The notes under the pieces are model-generated. The model was not told where the DNA came from, did no database searches, and saw only the letters and a program-made list of their open reading frames with translations. The position numbers and the translations under genes are program-made. A stretch of DNA of 64,000 bases, taken from positions 3,684 through 67,683 of the forward strand of contig JAFRVB010000004.1 of assembly GCA_017441845.1 (NCBI GenBank). The letters run 5' to 3'. Every line of letters starts with the position of its first letter. Positions within the stretch are counted from its first letter, which is position 1. Below are positions 27,144-37,380 of this stretch, piece after piece. Source of the DNA: Bacilli bacterium (GTDB lineage Bacteria > Bacillota_I > Bacilli_A > RF39 > UBA660).

Positions 27144-28706
27144 ATGAAAAGTTTATTCGCTGTATCAACAATGACATTAGTAGGATTATATGCCCTACTA
27201 TCAATAGTACTTTTAGCGGTCTGCTTAATTTGTGATATCCCAATGATATATGGAGTTGGAGCTGCGATTATTGTTTTAATAATTCAATTCTTAATATCAC
27301 CATTTATCACAGATATTACTATTAAATGGTTTTATAAAGCACACTTCGATGCTGAAATACCAGAATATTTAGAAAATTTCATCAAAGAAGTATGTGCCCA
27401 AGAAAAGATGAAATATCCAAGAGTTGGAGTAATCGATGATGGGGCACCTAATGCTTTTACTTATGGTCATACTAAAAATGATGCTAGAGTTGTTATCACT
27501 AGAGGTTTAATGGAGTTATTAAACGAAGATGAAGTTAAAGCTGTAGTAGGTCACGAACTTGGTCATGCTACTCACTATGATATGTTATTCATGACAGTAG
27601 CTCAATTAGTACCATTAGTTCTATATTTTATCTATCTAACTTTAACAGATAGTGATAATGATAAAGATGGAAAAGCTGCTATCGTTGGAGTAATAGCTTA
27701 TATTCTATATATAATTTCAGAATATATTATTCTATGGTTATCAAGAACAAGAGAATATTATGCTGATGAATTCTCAGTAAAAACAACTAAGAATCCAAAC
27801 TCTCTAGCAAGTGCTCTAGTAAAAGTAGGCTTTGGTTTATCTCTACAAGGAGATAGTAAAAAATCTACTTCTAAATTAGGGGCTCTAGGTATCTTTGATT
27901 CTAAAACATCAAAATCTCTAGTAGTTTCAACAAACAATAATCAAGATGATCATACTATGATTAAAAATGCTATGAAATGGGAGATGTGGAATCCATGGGC
28001 ATTCATTTATCAATTAGGCTCAACTCACCCATTAATTTCAAAAAGATTAATTGCTATATCTAAATATTCACAAGAATTTGGTCAAGAACCATACATAGTA
28101 TTTGATCTTCAAAAACCAGAATCTTATGTAGATGACTTCTTCTTTGAAGTATTTATTAAATATCTACCAGTATTAATAGTAATTGTTACTGTAGCTGCAG
28201 TATTTTTATTACCAAACTTTACTAAATTAGTAATAGGAGTAGGAGGAATACTTCTAATGCTTAGTTTACTTGGTTTATTTAATAGATCACATCGTAAAGG
28301 ATATCAAAAATCTACAGTAAGAGATTTACTAGGAGAAGTAAAAGTATCTGGAGTAACTTCAGTATCTTGTGAAGTAGAAGGAGAAATTATTGGTAAAGGT
28401 AATCCAGGATGTATCTTCTCAGAAGACTTTATTATTAAAGATGAAACAGGAATTATTTTCTTAGATTATAATCAACCATTATGGATAATTAATAAAATAT
28501 TTGCGTTATTTAAATCACAAGAGTATTTTAATAAAATAGTTAAAGTAAAAGGATGGTATCGTAGAAGTCCTGTCCCATATATAGAAATATATGAATATGA
28601 AGTAGATGGTAAGACTAAAAAAGTATTTACTTATGGATTAACTAAAGGAATATATTATGCTTTATTAGTATTATTTATCGCAATATTAATTTTAGGAGTA
28701 CTATAG
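27144..28706 (+). CDS. M48-family (HtpX-like) zinc metalloprotease with an extra C-terminal membrane/soluble extension
   Basis: HELGH zinc motif, a downstream EYYADE, and STHPLISKR. A further ~200 aa carries 2 TM helices and a beta-rich domain. Confidence 0.8.
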   Translation: MKSLFAVSTMTLVGLYALLSIVLLAVCLICDIPMIYGVGAAIIVLIIQFLISPFITDITIKWFYKAHFDAEIPEYLENFIKEVCAQEKMKYPRVGVIDDGAPNAFTYGHTKNDARVVITRGLMELLNEDEVKAVVGHELGHATHYDMLFMTVAQLVPLVLYFIYLTLTDSDNDKDGKAAIVGVIAYILYIISEYIILWLSRTREYYADEFSVKTTKNPNSLASALVKVGFGLSLQGDSKKSTSKLGALGIFDSKTSKSLVVSTNNNQDDHTMIKNAMKWEMWNPWAFIYQLGSTHPLISKRLIAISKYSQEFGQEPYIVFDLQKPESYVDDFFFEVFIKYLPVLIVIVTVAAVFLLPNFTKLVIGVGGILLMLSLLGLFNRSHRKGYQKSTVRDLLGEVKVSGVTSVSCEVEGEIIGKGNPGCIFSEDFIIKDETGIIFLDYNQPLWIINKIFALFKSQEYFNKIVKVKGWYRRSPVPYIEIYEYEVDGKTKKVFTYGLTKGIYYALLVLFIAILILGVL

Positions 28707-28718
28707 TACTCTTTTTTT
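28696..28718 (+). terminator. Rho-independent terminator
   Basis: gagtac-tata-gtactc hairpin followed by T7. It overlaps the stop codon. Confidence 0.7.
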
Positions 28719-28749
28719 GATATAATATAGACAGAAAGGAAGGAATATT

Positions 28750-29355
28750 ATGAATTTTTCAGAATTAAAACAAAATGCTAAACAATCTTTAAAAGGAAAA
28801 TGGGGTCCTACAATTGGAGTATTATTACTATATACTATTATCACTGGATGCGTACAAATATTTGTAACTCCTAAAACAGGACAAGATCCAAATACTACAG
28901 TTCAATTTTCAACTAGTTTAGTAAGCTTAATATTAACAGCACTTTTAGTATTAGGATATAACACATATTTCCTAAAACTATCTAGAAATGAAGAAGTAGA
29001 AGTTGGTATCTTATGGTCAAAAGTAAATCAATTTGGTAGAGCTTTCTTAGCAACATTCTTATTAGGATTAGTTGTAGGATGTGGATTCATCTTATTAATA
29101 ATCCCTGGAATCATTTTTGCTTTAATGTTCTCAATGACTATGTATATTATGTCAGACGATAAAGAAATTTCTGCAATTGACGCTATGAAGAAGAGTGCTG
29201 AAATGATGAAAGGCCATAAAGGTGAATTGTTCCTATTATACTTATCATTCTTTGGTTGGCTAATCTTAGGTTTATTTACTTTTGGTATATTATATCTATG
29301 GTTAATTCCATATATGGAAACAACTATTTGTAATTTCTATAATAAGATTAAATAG
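28750..29355 (+). CDS. DUF975 family membrane protein
   Basis: The N-terminus ELKQNAKQSLKGKWGPTIGVLLLY and the topology match the DUF975 pattern. Confidence 0.7.
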   Translation: MNFSELKQNAKQSLKGKWGPTIGVLLLYTIITGCVQIFVTPKTGQDPNTTVQFSTSLVSLILTALLVLGYNTYFLKLSRNEEVEVGILWSKVNQFGRAFLATFLLGLVVGCGFILLIIPGIIFALMFSMTMYIMSDDKEISAIDAMKKSAEMMKGHKGELFLLYLSFFGWLILGLFTFGILYLWLIPYMETTICNFYNKIK

Positions 29356-29438
29356 AATTTCGAAAGGAATTCTTTTTTCTTGAATAATAATAACAATTTT
29401 TATATAATGATTATAGAATATAAAGGTAGGGGATTTCT

Positions 29439-30170
29439 ATGAACGAAGATACTAGAACAGTAGATGCTAATGTTACTGAAATTAAAGGAAATAAGATTAA
29501 AATTAAAACAGTAGAGGGAGAAGAAAAGACTATAAAGAAAGATCTACTAAGTGAAGAAGTAGATGTAGGAGATACTTTAGAAGTAGTGGTTAAAGATAAA
29601 AAATTATCACATAAAGTTACTAAAGCTAGATTAATTACTAGAGGAGAAAATTCTATTGAATTATTAAAACTATTAGGTCTAGCAAGTATAGTATTAGTAA
29701 TTTGTTTTATTGTAGCTTATTCAGGATTCCTTTCTTATTGGATAAATCAATTTAAAGAAGTAATGATGAATGGTACTCAATCACAAGCTCTACATATTGC
29801 GGATATAATGACTAATTTAATTGGAGTATTCATTATCGCAACAACACTAATCTTAACAATTATTTGGAAATTATTTGTTAGAGATGAAGATATGCAATCA
29901 GATGGAATATTAAAATTATTAGGAATAGTCACAATCGCTACAATCATCTGCTATATAATAGTATATTTAAGTTTCTATAGTAGTTGGTCTCATCTAATAC
30001 ATACTGTAATGATTAATGGAGTAATGACAGATAAACTATTAGTATCAACTATAATGTCTAAATTATTAGGTATATTTGTTATAGGTTCAGTACTAATATT
30101 AAATATTATTTGGGGATTTTATTCTCATCATAAAGAGTTTGTTAAATCTATAGATAGTAAAAAAGAGTAA
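29439..30170 (+). CDS. Hypothetical membrane protein with an internally duplicated 2-TM module
   Basis: The soluble N-terminus is beta-rich. Two paralogous modules follow (LLKLLGLASIVLVICFIVAYSGFLSYW... / ILKLLGIVTIATIICYIIVYLSFYSSW...). Confidence 0.55.
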   Translation: MNEDTRTVDANVTEIKGNKIKIKTVEGEEKTIKKDLLSEEVDVGDTLEVVVKDKKLSHKVTKARLITRGENSIELLKLLGLASIVLVICFIVAYSGFLSYWINQFKEVMMNGTQSQALHIADIMTNLIGVFIIATTLILTIIWKLFVRDEDMQSDGILKLLGIVTIATIICYIIVYLSFYSSWSHLIHTVMINGVMTDKLLVSTIMSKLLGIFVIGSVLILNIIWGFYSHHKEFVKSIDSKKE

Positions 30171-30188
30171 AATTTACTCTTTTTTTTG
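30164..30188 (+). terminator. Rho-independent terminator
   Basis: agagta-aaatt-tactct hairpin followed by T8. Confidence 0.7.
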
Positions 30189-30260
30189 TTTATAACCCTT
30201 GTGAATGTTTATTTATTTATACTTTATATGATATACTTTAAAAGTAAGGATGGTGATTAG

Positions 30261-30959
30261 ATGGATTTAATTAGATTAAAAAATATCACTAAAAGATACA
30301 AAAATGGAGTAACAGCCATCTATGATTTATCTTTAGCAATCGAAAAGGGTTCGTTCACTTTTATAATTGGTGGTTCAGGTTCGGGTAAATCAACATTAAT
30401 TAAGATGTTATATCGTGAAGAAAAACCAACTAGTGGACAAATAATCTTAGGGGGACTTAATGTTGCTAAATTAAGAGATGGAAAAGTATATAAATTAAGA
30501 AGAAAACTAGGAATAGTATTTCAAGATTATAGATTATTAGAAAAACAAACAGTTTATGAAAACGTTGCTTTTGCTTTAGAAGTAATTGGAGCACCTGACT
30601 CAGAAATAAGACCAAAAGTTTTAACAGCTTTAGAAGAAGTAGGTCTAAAGAATAAGGTTCATGAATATCCAGATAAACTATCAGGTGGAGAAAGACAACG
30701 TGTTGCGATCGCTAGAGCTATCGTTAATAATCCAAAATTATTATTATGCGATGAGCCTACAGGTAATCTAGATCCCGAATTAAGTAAAGAAGTTATGGAT
30801 GTTTTAGACTCTATCAATAAAAATAGAGGAACAACTATCATTATGGCTACACATGATAGTGATATAGTTAACAGAATGAAGAAAGATGTTGTAACACTAA
30901 AAGAAGGACATCTAGTAAGCTTCGAAGAGGAAGGGCAGTATAACTATGAAGGCATTTAG
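30261..30959 (+). CDS. ftsE: Cell division ATP-binding protein FtsE
   Basis: Walker A GGSGSGKST, signature LSGGERQR, Walker B LLLCDEPTGNLD. It lies directly upstream of and overlaps ftsX. Confidence 0.9.
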   Translation: MDLIRLKNITKRYKNGVTAIYDLSLAIEKGSFTFIIGGSGSGKSTLIKMLYREEKPTSGQIILGGLNVAKLRDGKVYKLRRKLGIVFQDYRLLEKQTVYENVAFALEVIGAPDSEIRPKVLTALEEVGLKNKVHEYPDKLSGGERQRVAIARAIVNNPKLLLCDEPTGNLDPELSKEVMDVLDSINKNRGTTIIMATHDSDIVNRMKKDVVTLKEGHLVSFEEEGQYNYEGI

Positions 30960-31845
30960 GATGTTAAGAAGAAGCATAAGAGATGCTTTTAAAAGTATAA
31001 TAAGAAACGTTTCATTATCATTTGCTTCAGTAACTTGTATTACCATTACTCTACTTATTGTTGCTGTCGCATTAATAGCTTCAAGAAATGTAGATAATAT
31101 TACAAATGAAATAGAAAAAGATTTAACAATAGTAGCCTTTGTTAAAAAAGAAGCAGATACTAAAGATATTGAAATGATTAAAGATCAATTAGATTCTATG
31201 TCTAATATAGAAAAATATGATTACCAAACAAAACAAGAAGTAAAAGAAAAAATGCAAGCAGAATCAGATGTTTTCGCAACAGTATTAGATGAATGGGATG
31301 ATGATGAATCTCCATTAAAAGATACATTCCAAATAAAAGTAAAAGATGTTAATAAATTAAAAGATACTGCGGAAACTATTAAATCATTAGATAAAATTGA
31401 AACAGTTAAGTATGGAGAAACTCTAGTAGATAAAATGATTAGAGCCTTCAATACTATAAAGAAAGGTACTTATATACTAGTAATTGCTCTAGTAATTGTA
31501 ACTGTATTCTTAATAGTTAATACAATTAAATTAACTATATCTGCTCGTAAGAGAGAAATAGGTATCATGAGAGTAGTTGGTGCTAGTAATTTTAGTATCA
31601 AATTACCATTCGTAATAGAAGGTATGTTCCTAGGACTATTAGGTTCAATAATCCCAATAATATTTATGATTTATGGATATATCTATTTCTATAATAGAAC
31701 TGATGGATATCTATATTCTGAAATAATAAAATTAATTCAACCAGATCCATTCGTATATCAATGTTCATTAATTTTATTAGTAATTGGAATCTTAGTAGGT
31801 ATGTTAGGTTCATTAAGCGCAGTAAGAAGGTATTTAAAGATATGA
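30946..31845 (+). CDS. ftsX: Cell division permease FtsX
   Basis: TM1, an extracellular loop domain and three C-terminal TM helices, with the RREIGIMRVVGAS motif. Confidence 0.85.
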   Translation: MKAFRMLRRSIRDAFKSIIRNVSLSFASVTCITITLLIVAVALIASRNVDNITNEIEKDLTIVAFVKKEADTKDIEMIKDQLDSMSNIEKYDYQTKQEVKEKMQAESDVFATVLDEWDDDESPLKDTFQIKVKDVNKLKDTAETIKSLDKIETVKYGETLVDKMIRAFNTIKKGTYILVIALVIVTVFLIVNTIKLTISARKREIGIMRVVGASNFSIKLPFVIEGMFLGLLGSIIPIIFMIYGYIYFYNRTDGYLYSEIIKLIQPDPFVYQCSLILLVIGILVGMLGSLSAVRRYLKI

Positions 31846-33020
31846 TGAGGGATAAAGTAAAAGGATTTCTAATTTTAATAGCTTTATTACTACCAATAAT
31901 CATACCAGTAAATACAAATGCTAAAACTATAGCTCAGTTTGAAAAAGAAGTACAAAAGTATACTAAAGCTTTAGAAGATAAAGAAAATGCTATCAGTAGA
32001 AATAATCAAAAGATTGATAGTATCGAAACAAAAGTAAAAAATATTCAAGAACAAATAAAAGCTGCTGAAAAGGAAGTAAGAGATTTAGAAATAGAAATTA
32101 AAAAATGTAATAAAGAAATTAAAAGAAAAAAAGAACAATCTAAAAAGTTAATGGAATATTACCAAATATCTAATGGAGAAAACTCTTATTTAGAATATGC
32201 TTTTGGAGCTACATCAATTACTGATTTAATATATAGAATGTCAGTAGTAGAACAATTAACTGAATACAATAGTCAACTAATGAAAGAATTAAAAGAGTTA
32301 ATTAAAAAGAATGAAGAAAGACAAAGGCAACTTGCTCAAAAGCAAAAAGACTTAAAGAAATTAAGAAAAGAGTTAGAAGAAGAACAAGAAAAACTAGAAA
32401 TATCTAATCAAAGAATAAGAGAATCTATGCCTAGTGTAAGAGATCAAATTAAAGCTGCTAAAGCTAATGTCGCTTACTATAAACAACTAGGTTGTGGAAA
32501 GAATGAAGATATTTTAAGATGTCAATATCGTATAGAACAAGCCAGTGGAGGTGGAGGAGGATCTATACCAAGTACTAATGGATTCTATCGACCAATGCAA
32601 CATGGTTACTTAACTCAAGGATATGGTGGATATGGTGGACACTTAGGAGTTGACCTATCAAGTTCTGATAAATCTATACCAATCTATCCAATAGCTTCAG
32701 GTAGAGTATTCTTCAAAGGATATGATTCTTATGGAGCACTAGTAGTTAAGATTAAACATAATTATAATGGTAGATATATCTATTCTACATATGCTCATAT
32801 GAGAAGTTTTGGATCTATCTCAAAAGGACAATTTGTAACAGCCTTCACTAAAATAGGTAATATGGGTTCTACTGGTTGGTCTACTGGACCACATCTACAT
32901 CTAGAAATCACATCATGTGACTGGAATCCAGGAGGAGGATGTTCTTGGTATACATATCAACAATCAACAATCAATCCATTCAGTTTAATAAATATACCAA
33001 GTTCATGGACTAATAGATAA
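31842..33020 (+). CDS. Coiled-coil M23 (LytM-type) peptidoglycan endopeptidase, likely an FtsEX-controlled hydrolase
   Basis: Signal peptide, a ~200-aa coiled coil, then GGHLGVDL (HxxxD) and GPHLHLE (HxH). Start set at ATGATG overlapping the ftsX stop; the track's 31761 start lies inside ftsX. Confidence 0.8.
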   Translation: MMRDKVKGFLILIALLLPIIIPVNTNAKTIAQFEKEVQKYTKALEDKENAISRNNQKIDSIETKVKNIQEQIKAAEKEVRDLEIEIKKCNKEIKRKKEQSKKLMEYYQISNGENSYLEYAFGATSITDLIYRMSVVEQLTEYNSQLMKELKELIKKNEERQRQLAQKQKDLKKLRKELEEEQEKLEISNQRIRESMPSVRDQIKAAKANVAYYKQLGCGKNEDILRCQYRIEQASGGGGGSIPSTNGFYRPMQHGYLTQGYGGYGGHLGVDLSSSDKSIPIYPIASGRVFFKGYDSYGALVVKIKHNYNGRYIYSTYAHMRSFGSISKGQFVTAFTKIGNMGSTGWSTGPHLHLEITSCDWNPGGGCSWYTYQQSTINPFSLINIPSSWTNR

Positions 33021-33023
33021 AAA

Positions 33024-33044
33024 AAGACGGTTTAACCGTCTTTT
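33024..33044 (+). terminator. Rho-independent terminator
   Basis: aagacgg-tttaa-ccgtctt hairpin followed by a short T-run. Confidence 0.7.
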
Positions 33045-33070
33045 AATGTTATAATAAAGTAGGTGATACT

Positions 33071-33988
33071 ATGAGTAATGAATTAATAAATTCATTAATA
33101 GAAGAAATAAAAGTATTTATAGATAACGAATTATCTAAATATAATTATTCATCTGATATAAAACATCTATTATATTTAGTAATACCTGCTTTTATTATTA
33201 AATATGATTTAAAAAATAAAAATAAGATACTAACTACTTTTAAAGAAGTACCTTTAATCGAAACAAGCGAAGATGATAAAACTCATCAAGCATTCTACAC
33301 ATCTATTCCTAAACGTATAGATAATAAAATTATTACTAAGAAATATATTGTATTAAAACATTATCAAAATAAAGAATTAATCGAATTAATAGATAATATA
33401 ATACATGAATATAATCATGCGATTAATTCATATGAAAATGAAATAAAAATATCAAATAACTATATATATTTAAGAACAGGTCTATCTTATGCTAGATATG
33501 ATAAGACTACTTTGAAATATATTGGTTTAGATGATAGAGAGATTCTAGAAGAAATACTTAATACTAAACAAACAGAAGAAGTAATGGATATTCTAAAAGA
33601 GATGTCTAACTATGAAATAGAAGATTATTCATCTAAAACAACTCTATATTCTATAAATAATATTATAGATTCTAAATATTCATCAAAAGCTTATTCTCTA
33701 CAAACTACATTCTTAAAGAATCTAAGTAATAATAAAACATTTATAAATACATTATCTAATCTTAGATTTACTGGTAATATTGAAGAAATATCATATATAT
33801 TTGATAATTCAGTAGGTAAAGAAGGAAGTTATAATAAATTAATAACTATATTAAATGAAGTAACTAAATTAGAAAAAGAATATTCTAAAACTATATTTAA
33901 GAAGATTAAATTAAATAAGATTAAATCTCTATATAATGAAATTAATAGATTAATAGATACTTTTAATAATAATTATCATTATAAGTGA
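33071..33988 (+). CDS. Hypothetical protein with an HExxH motif (possible zincin-like metallopeptidase)
   Basis: IIHEYNHAINS contains HExxH. No other family signature was recognised. Confidence 0.35.
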   Translation: MSNELINSLIEEIKVFIDNELSKYNYSSDIKHLLYLVIPAFIIKYDLKNKNKILTTFKEVPLIETSEDDKTHQAFYTSIPKRIDNKIITKKYIVLKHYQNKELIELIDNIIHEYNHAINSYENEIKISNNYIYLRTGLSYARYDKTTLKYIGLDDREILEEILNTKQTEEVMDILKEMSNYEIEDYSSKTTLYSINNIIDSKYSSKAYSLQTTFLKNLSNNKTFINTLSNLRFTGNIEEISYIFDNSVGKEGSYNKLITILNEVTKLEKEYSKTIFKKIKLNKIKSLYNEINRLIDTFNNNYHYK

Positions 33989-34047
33989 TGAATGATTGAA
34001 GAAATAACTAATATGATTTATAATTATTATAGTAGGGAGTTGATAAT

Positions 34048-35193
34048 TTGAAGACTAAAATAGGTTATTCAAATCACAAACTTGCTTTTACTTCTAGTAT
34101 AGAAGCTGCCTCAATGGCTAATATAAAAGAAGCTAAGTTAGGATTAGTATTTACTTCTCCTAATCAAGAACAAGATCAAATAATAAAAGGTATTAAATCC
34201 TTAACAAACACTCCAATCATAGGATGTACATCAAGTATGGCAATTATGACACACCATTCATATGAAAATGAAAAGACTGGATATACTGGAATTATTACTT
34301 TTTCGGGAGATATAGTAGTTGGTGTAGCTGGTAAAGAAAAACGTAATATGGAAAATCCTCGTGAGATTGGGAAAGAACTAGCTCTAGAGGCGTTAAAAGA
34401 GATGAAAGGTGAAAAACCAAATCATTTCTTTATGACTGCGACTCCAGGAGATGAAGAAGAGTACATGCAAGGTATCCAAGATATTATTGGCTCTGTTCCA
34501 GTATTTGGAGGTACTGCGGCAGATAATGATGTATCTGGTAACTGGAAAATAATTTGTGAGAATAGAGTTATATCTGATGGTTGTGCCGTTGCGTTAATAA
34601 AATCAGATACTGAAATAGTAAATGTATTAGAAAATGGTTATAATGAAACAGGTCAAGCTGGAATAATAACTGGTGTTCATGAAAGAAGAGAATTAAAATC
34701 AATTGATAATGTAGATGCTTTAAGAAAATATTCTGAGTGGACAAAGTTTAATGAAGATGACCTAATGGGTAATAAAATACTTTCTGAATCGATTTTTGAT
34801 CCACTAGGAGTTAAAGATCCAATAGGTAGATTGATTGCGATACGTCATCCAATGTTTGCTAAAAGTGATGGAACAATTAATGTTGGAGGAGATTTAGTAA
34901 CAAACACAGCTATAATTCATATGAATATGGAACCTAGAGATATGTTAGAATCTATCAAAACAACAATAGAAGAGTTAGGAGATTGTGATTCTTATTTCTT
35001 AGTTCACTGTGGAGGAAGAAGATTAGGTCTATCGATGAAAGGTTTAGAACAAGAAATATTTAATAAAGTAAAAGAAGTAACCAAAGATAAAGAAGTACTA
35101 ATGGTATTCACTTTTGGTGAATATGGTACTTATGATCATTCAGCTAATACAGTTGGAGGATTATCTTTATCATTTACTGGTTTTAAAGAATAA
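34048..35193 (+). CDS. FIST-domain-like sensory protein
   Basis: The pattern GLVFTSPNQEQ...IIGCTSS...GGTAADN...FLVHCGGRR resembles FIST_N/FIST_C. TTG start behind GGGAG. Confidence 0.5.
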   Translation: MKTKIGYSNHKLAFTSSIEAASMANIKEAKLGLVFTSPNQEQDQIIKGIKSLTNTPIIGCTSSMAIMTHHSYENEKTGYTGIITFSGDIVVGVAGKEKRNMENPREIGKELALEALKEMKGEKPNHFFMTATPGDEEEYMQGIQDIIGSVPVFGGTAADNDVSGNWKIICENRVISDGCAVALIKSDTEIVNVLENGYNETGQAGIITGVHERRELKSIDNVDALRKYSEWTKFNEDDLMGNKILSESIFDPLGVKDPIGRLIAIRHPMFAKSDGTINVGGDLVTNTAIIHMNMEPRDMLESIKTTIEELGDCDSYFLVHCGGRRLGLSMKGLEQEIFNKVKEVTKDKEVLMVFTFGEYGTYDHSANTVGGLSLSFTGFKE

Positions 35194-35205
35194 AAGGAGG
35201 CTATT

Positions 35206-36642
35206 ATGAAAAGTTTAATAGGAAATGAATGGAAAGGTTCAAGAGATGGAGAAGTAATAGAAGTAATCAATCCAGCTACTAGAGAGTTGATTGATACCAT
35301 ACCATCTTTAACAAAAGAAGATGTTGATGAAGCAGTAGATTTTGCTTATCGTGCTCAAAAAGGATGGGAAGAGACACCTCTATTAGTTAGATGTGAAATC
35401 TTATCTAAATTTGTAAGATTAGTAGAAGAAAATCTAGATGATTTAGCTACTCTTTTATCACAAGAAACAGGTAAACCTATCAAAGAAGCATATAATGAAA
35501 TCAATAATATCTTTATAGGAGTACCAGCTTACATTGAAAAGGTTAAACATTTATATGGAAATGTTATTCCAAAAGGAACAGAAAAAGGTCAAGAAAATAC
35601 TATTCAATATACAATGAGACAACCTTTAGGTGTAGTAGCTGCGATTATACCATTCAACTTTCCAAGTGATATATTTATAAATAAAGTTCCACCAGCATTA
35701 TTAATGGGTAATGCAGTTATCTTAAAACCTGCTAGTGTTAATCCATTAACTTTATCAAGATATGTTGAATTACTTGTTGAAGCTGGAGTACCTCAAGGAG
35801 TAATAAGCCTAGTTCATGGTAGAGGATCAGTTGCTGGTAGAGCTCTAACTTCAAACCCTAAAGTTAATATGATTACTTTAACAGGTTCAACTGAAGCTGG
35901 ACAAGACGCTGCTAAATGTGCAAGTGAACATTGTGCTCATGTTTCACTAGAATTAGGTGGAAATGATGCAATGATTATCTGTGAAGATGCAGATCTAGAT
36001 TTAGCAGTTGAAGAAGTAGTTTGGGGAAGATTATATAATACTGGTCAAGTATGCTGTGCCTCAAAAAGATTCTTAGTACACAATGATGTAAGACAAGAAT
36101 TTATAAATAAAATGAGAGAAAAACTAGAAACTTTAAGAGTAGGTATGCCACAACAAGAAACTTCTGATATTGGATGTTTAATCTCAGAAGAGGCTGCTTT
36201 AGAAGTGGATCGTCAAGTTAAACAAACAATAGATGAAGGTGCAACTCTAGTATGTGGAGCTAGAAGAAATGGAGCTTTCTTCGAACCATGTATTTTAGAT
36301 AATGTTACTCCTAATATGGAAGTTGCTAAGGATATGGAAATCTTTGGACCAGTAATTCCAGTAATAGGATTTGATACTTTAGAAGATGCTATTAATATAG
36401 CTAATCAATCTAAATATGGATTAAGTGCTGGTATAGTAACAAGAGATATGAATAAAGCTTTCAAAGCTACAGAAAAACTAGAAGCTGGAGGAGTCGTAAT
36501 AAATGGAGCCTCATTCTTCCGTTCTTTTGAACAACCTTTTGGAGGATGGAAATACTCAGGTATTGGTAATGAAGGAATAATGACTACTCTAGAAGAGATG
36601 TCTAGATTAAAAACAGTAATATTAAAAAATGTTTTAAAATAA
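35206..36642 (+). CDS. NAD(P)+-dependent aldehyde dehydrogenase
   Basis: ELGGND catalytic Glu motif, catalytic Cys in GQVCCASKR, the FNFP cofactor-binding segment and EEMSRLK at the C-terminus. Confidence 0.9.
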   Translation: MKSLIGNEWKGSRDGEVIEVINPATRELIDTIPSLTKEDVDEAVDFAYRAQKGWEETPLLVRCEILSKFVRLVEENLDDLATLLSQETGKPIKEAYNEINNIFIGVPAYIEKVKHLYGNVIPKGTEKGQENTIQYTMRQPLGVVAAIIPFNFPSDIFINKVPPALLMGNAVILKPASVNPLTLSRYVELLVEAGVPQGVISLVHGRGSVAGRALTSNPKVNMITLTGSTEAGQDAAKCASEHCAHVSLELGGNDAMIICEDADLDLAVEEVVWGRLYNTGQVCCASKRFLVHNDVRQEFINKMREKLETLRVGMPQQETSDIGCLISEEAALEVDRQVKQTIDEGATLVCGARRNGAFFEPCILDNVTPNMEVAKDMEIFGPVIPVIGFDTLEDAINIANQSKYGLSAGIVTRDMNKAFKATEKLEAGGVVINGASFFRSFEQPFGGWKYSGIGNEGIMTTLEEMSRLKTVILKNVLK

Positions 36643-36669
36643 CAAGGTAAATACAATTACCTTGTTTTT
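36642..36669 (+). terminator. Rho-independent terminator
   Basis: acaaggtaa-atacaa-ttaccttgt hairpin followed by TTTT. Confidence 0.8.
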
Positions 36670-36711
36670 ATTTTATCTTATTATTGATATAATATACGTA
36701 GTGGTGATAAT

Positions 36712-37362
36712 ATGCAAAAAACAATAATATTTGATATGGATGGAACTATGTTTGATACTGAACCTTTATGGGAAAAAGCTTTCATAAGAACAGGTAGAGA
36801 ACTAGGATATCCATTTACTAAAGAATTACATGATAAAACTATAAGTTCAAATAGAGCTGGTCTAACTAGAATATTAAAAGGGGAATTAGGTGAAGACTTC
36901 CCAGTAGAAGAATTTATAGATAAATATGTAGAAAATATGGAATTGACAATAGAAGAAGATGGACTACCTATAAAGAAAGGATTAATGGAATTACTAGATT
37001 ATTTAAAAGATAATGATTATACTATAGCCATTGCTTCTTCATCTGACCTAGAAAGAATATTAAGAAACTTAAAGATAACTAATATAGATGAAAATATCTT
37101 TAATATAATAGTCAGTGGAGATCATTTTAGTAAAGGTAAACCTGATCCAGAAATATTCCTTGTAGCATGTCATTTGCTAAAGACTGATCCAAGAGACGCG
37201 ATAGTTATTGAAGATTCTAATGCTGGTATAAAAGCAGCTTATTCTGCAGGATGCAATCCAATCTTAATACCAGATGTTGATAAAATAACTGATGAAACAA
37301 AAGCTATGACAAATTATCAATTTGATTCATTATTAGAAGTAATAGATTTATTAAAACAATAA
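36712..37362 (+). CDS. HAD-superfamily hydrolase (beta-phosphoglucomutase/phosphatase-like, subfamily IA)
   Basis: Motif I FDMDGTMFDTE, motif II ASSS, motif III/IV KGKPDPEIF...EDSNAG. Confidence 0.8.
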   Translation: MQKTIIFDMDGTMFDTEPLWEKAFIRTGRELGYPFTKELHDKTISSNRAGLTRILKGELGEDFPVEEFIDKYVENMELTIEEDGLPIKKGLMELLDYLKDNDYTIAIASSSDLERILRNLKITNIDENIFNIIVSGDHFSKGKPDPEIFLVACHLLKTDPRDAIVIEDSNAGIKAAYSAGCNPILIPDVDKITDETKAMTNYQFDSLLEVIDLLKQ

Positions 37363-37380
37363 AAGAAAGGAGCTGATACT

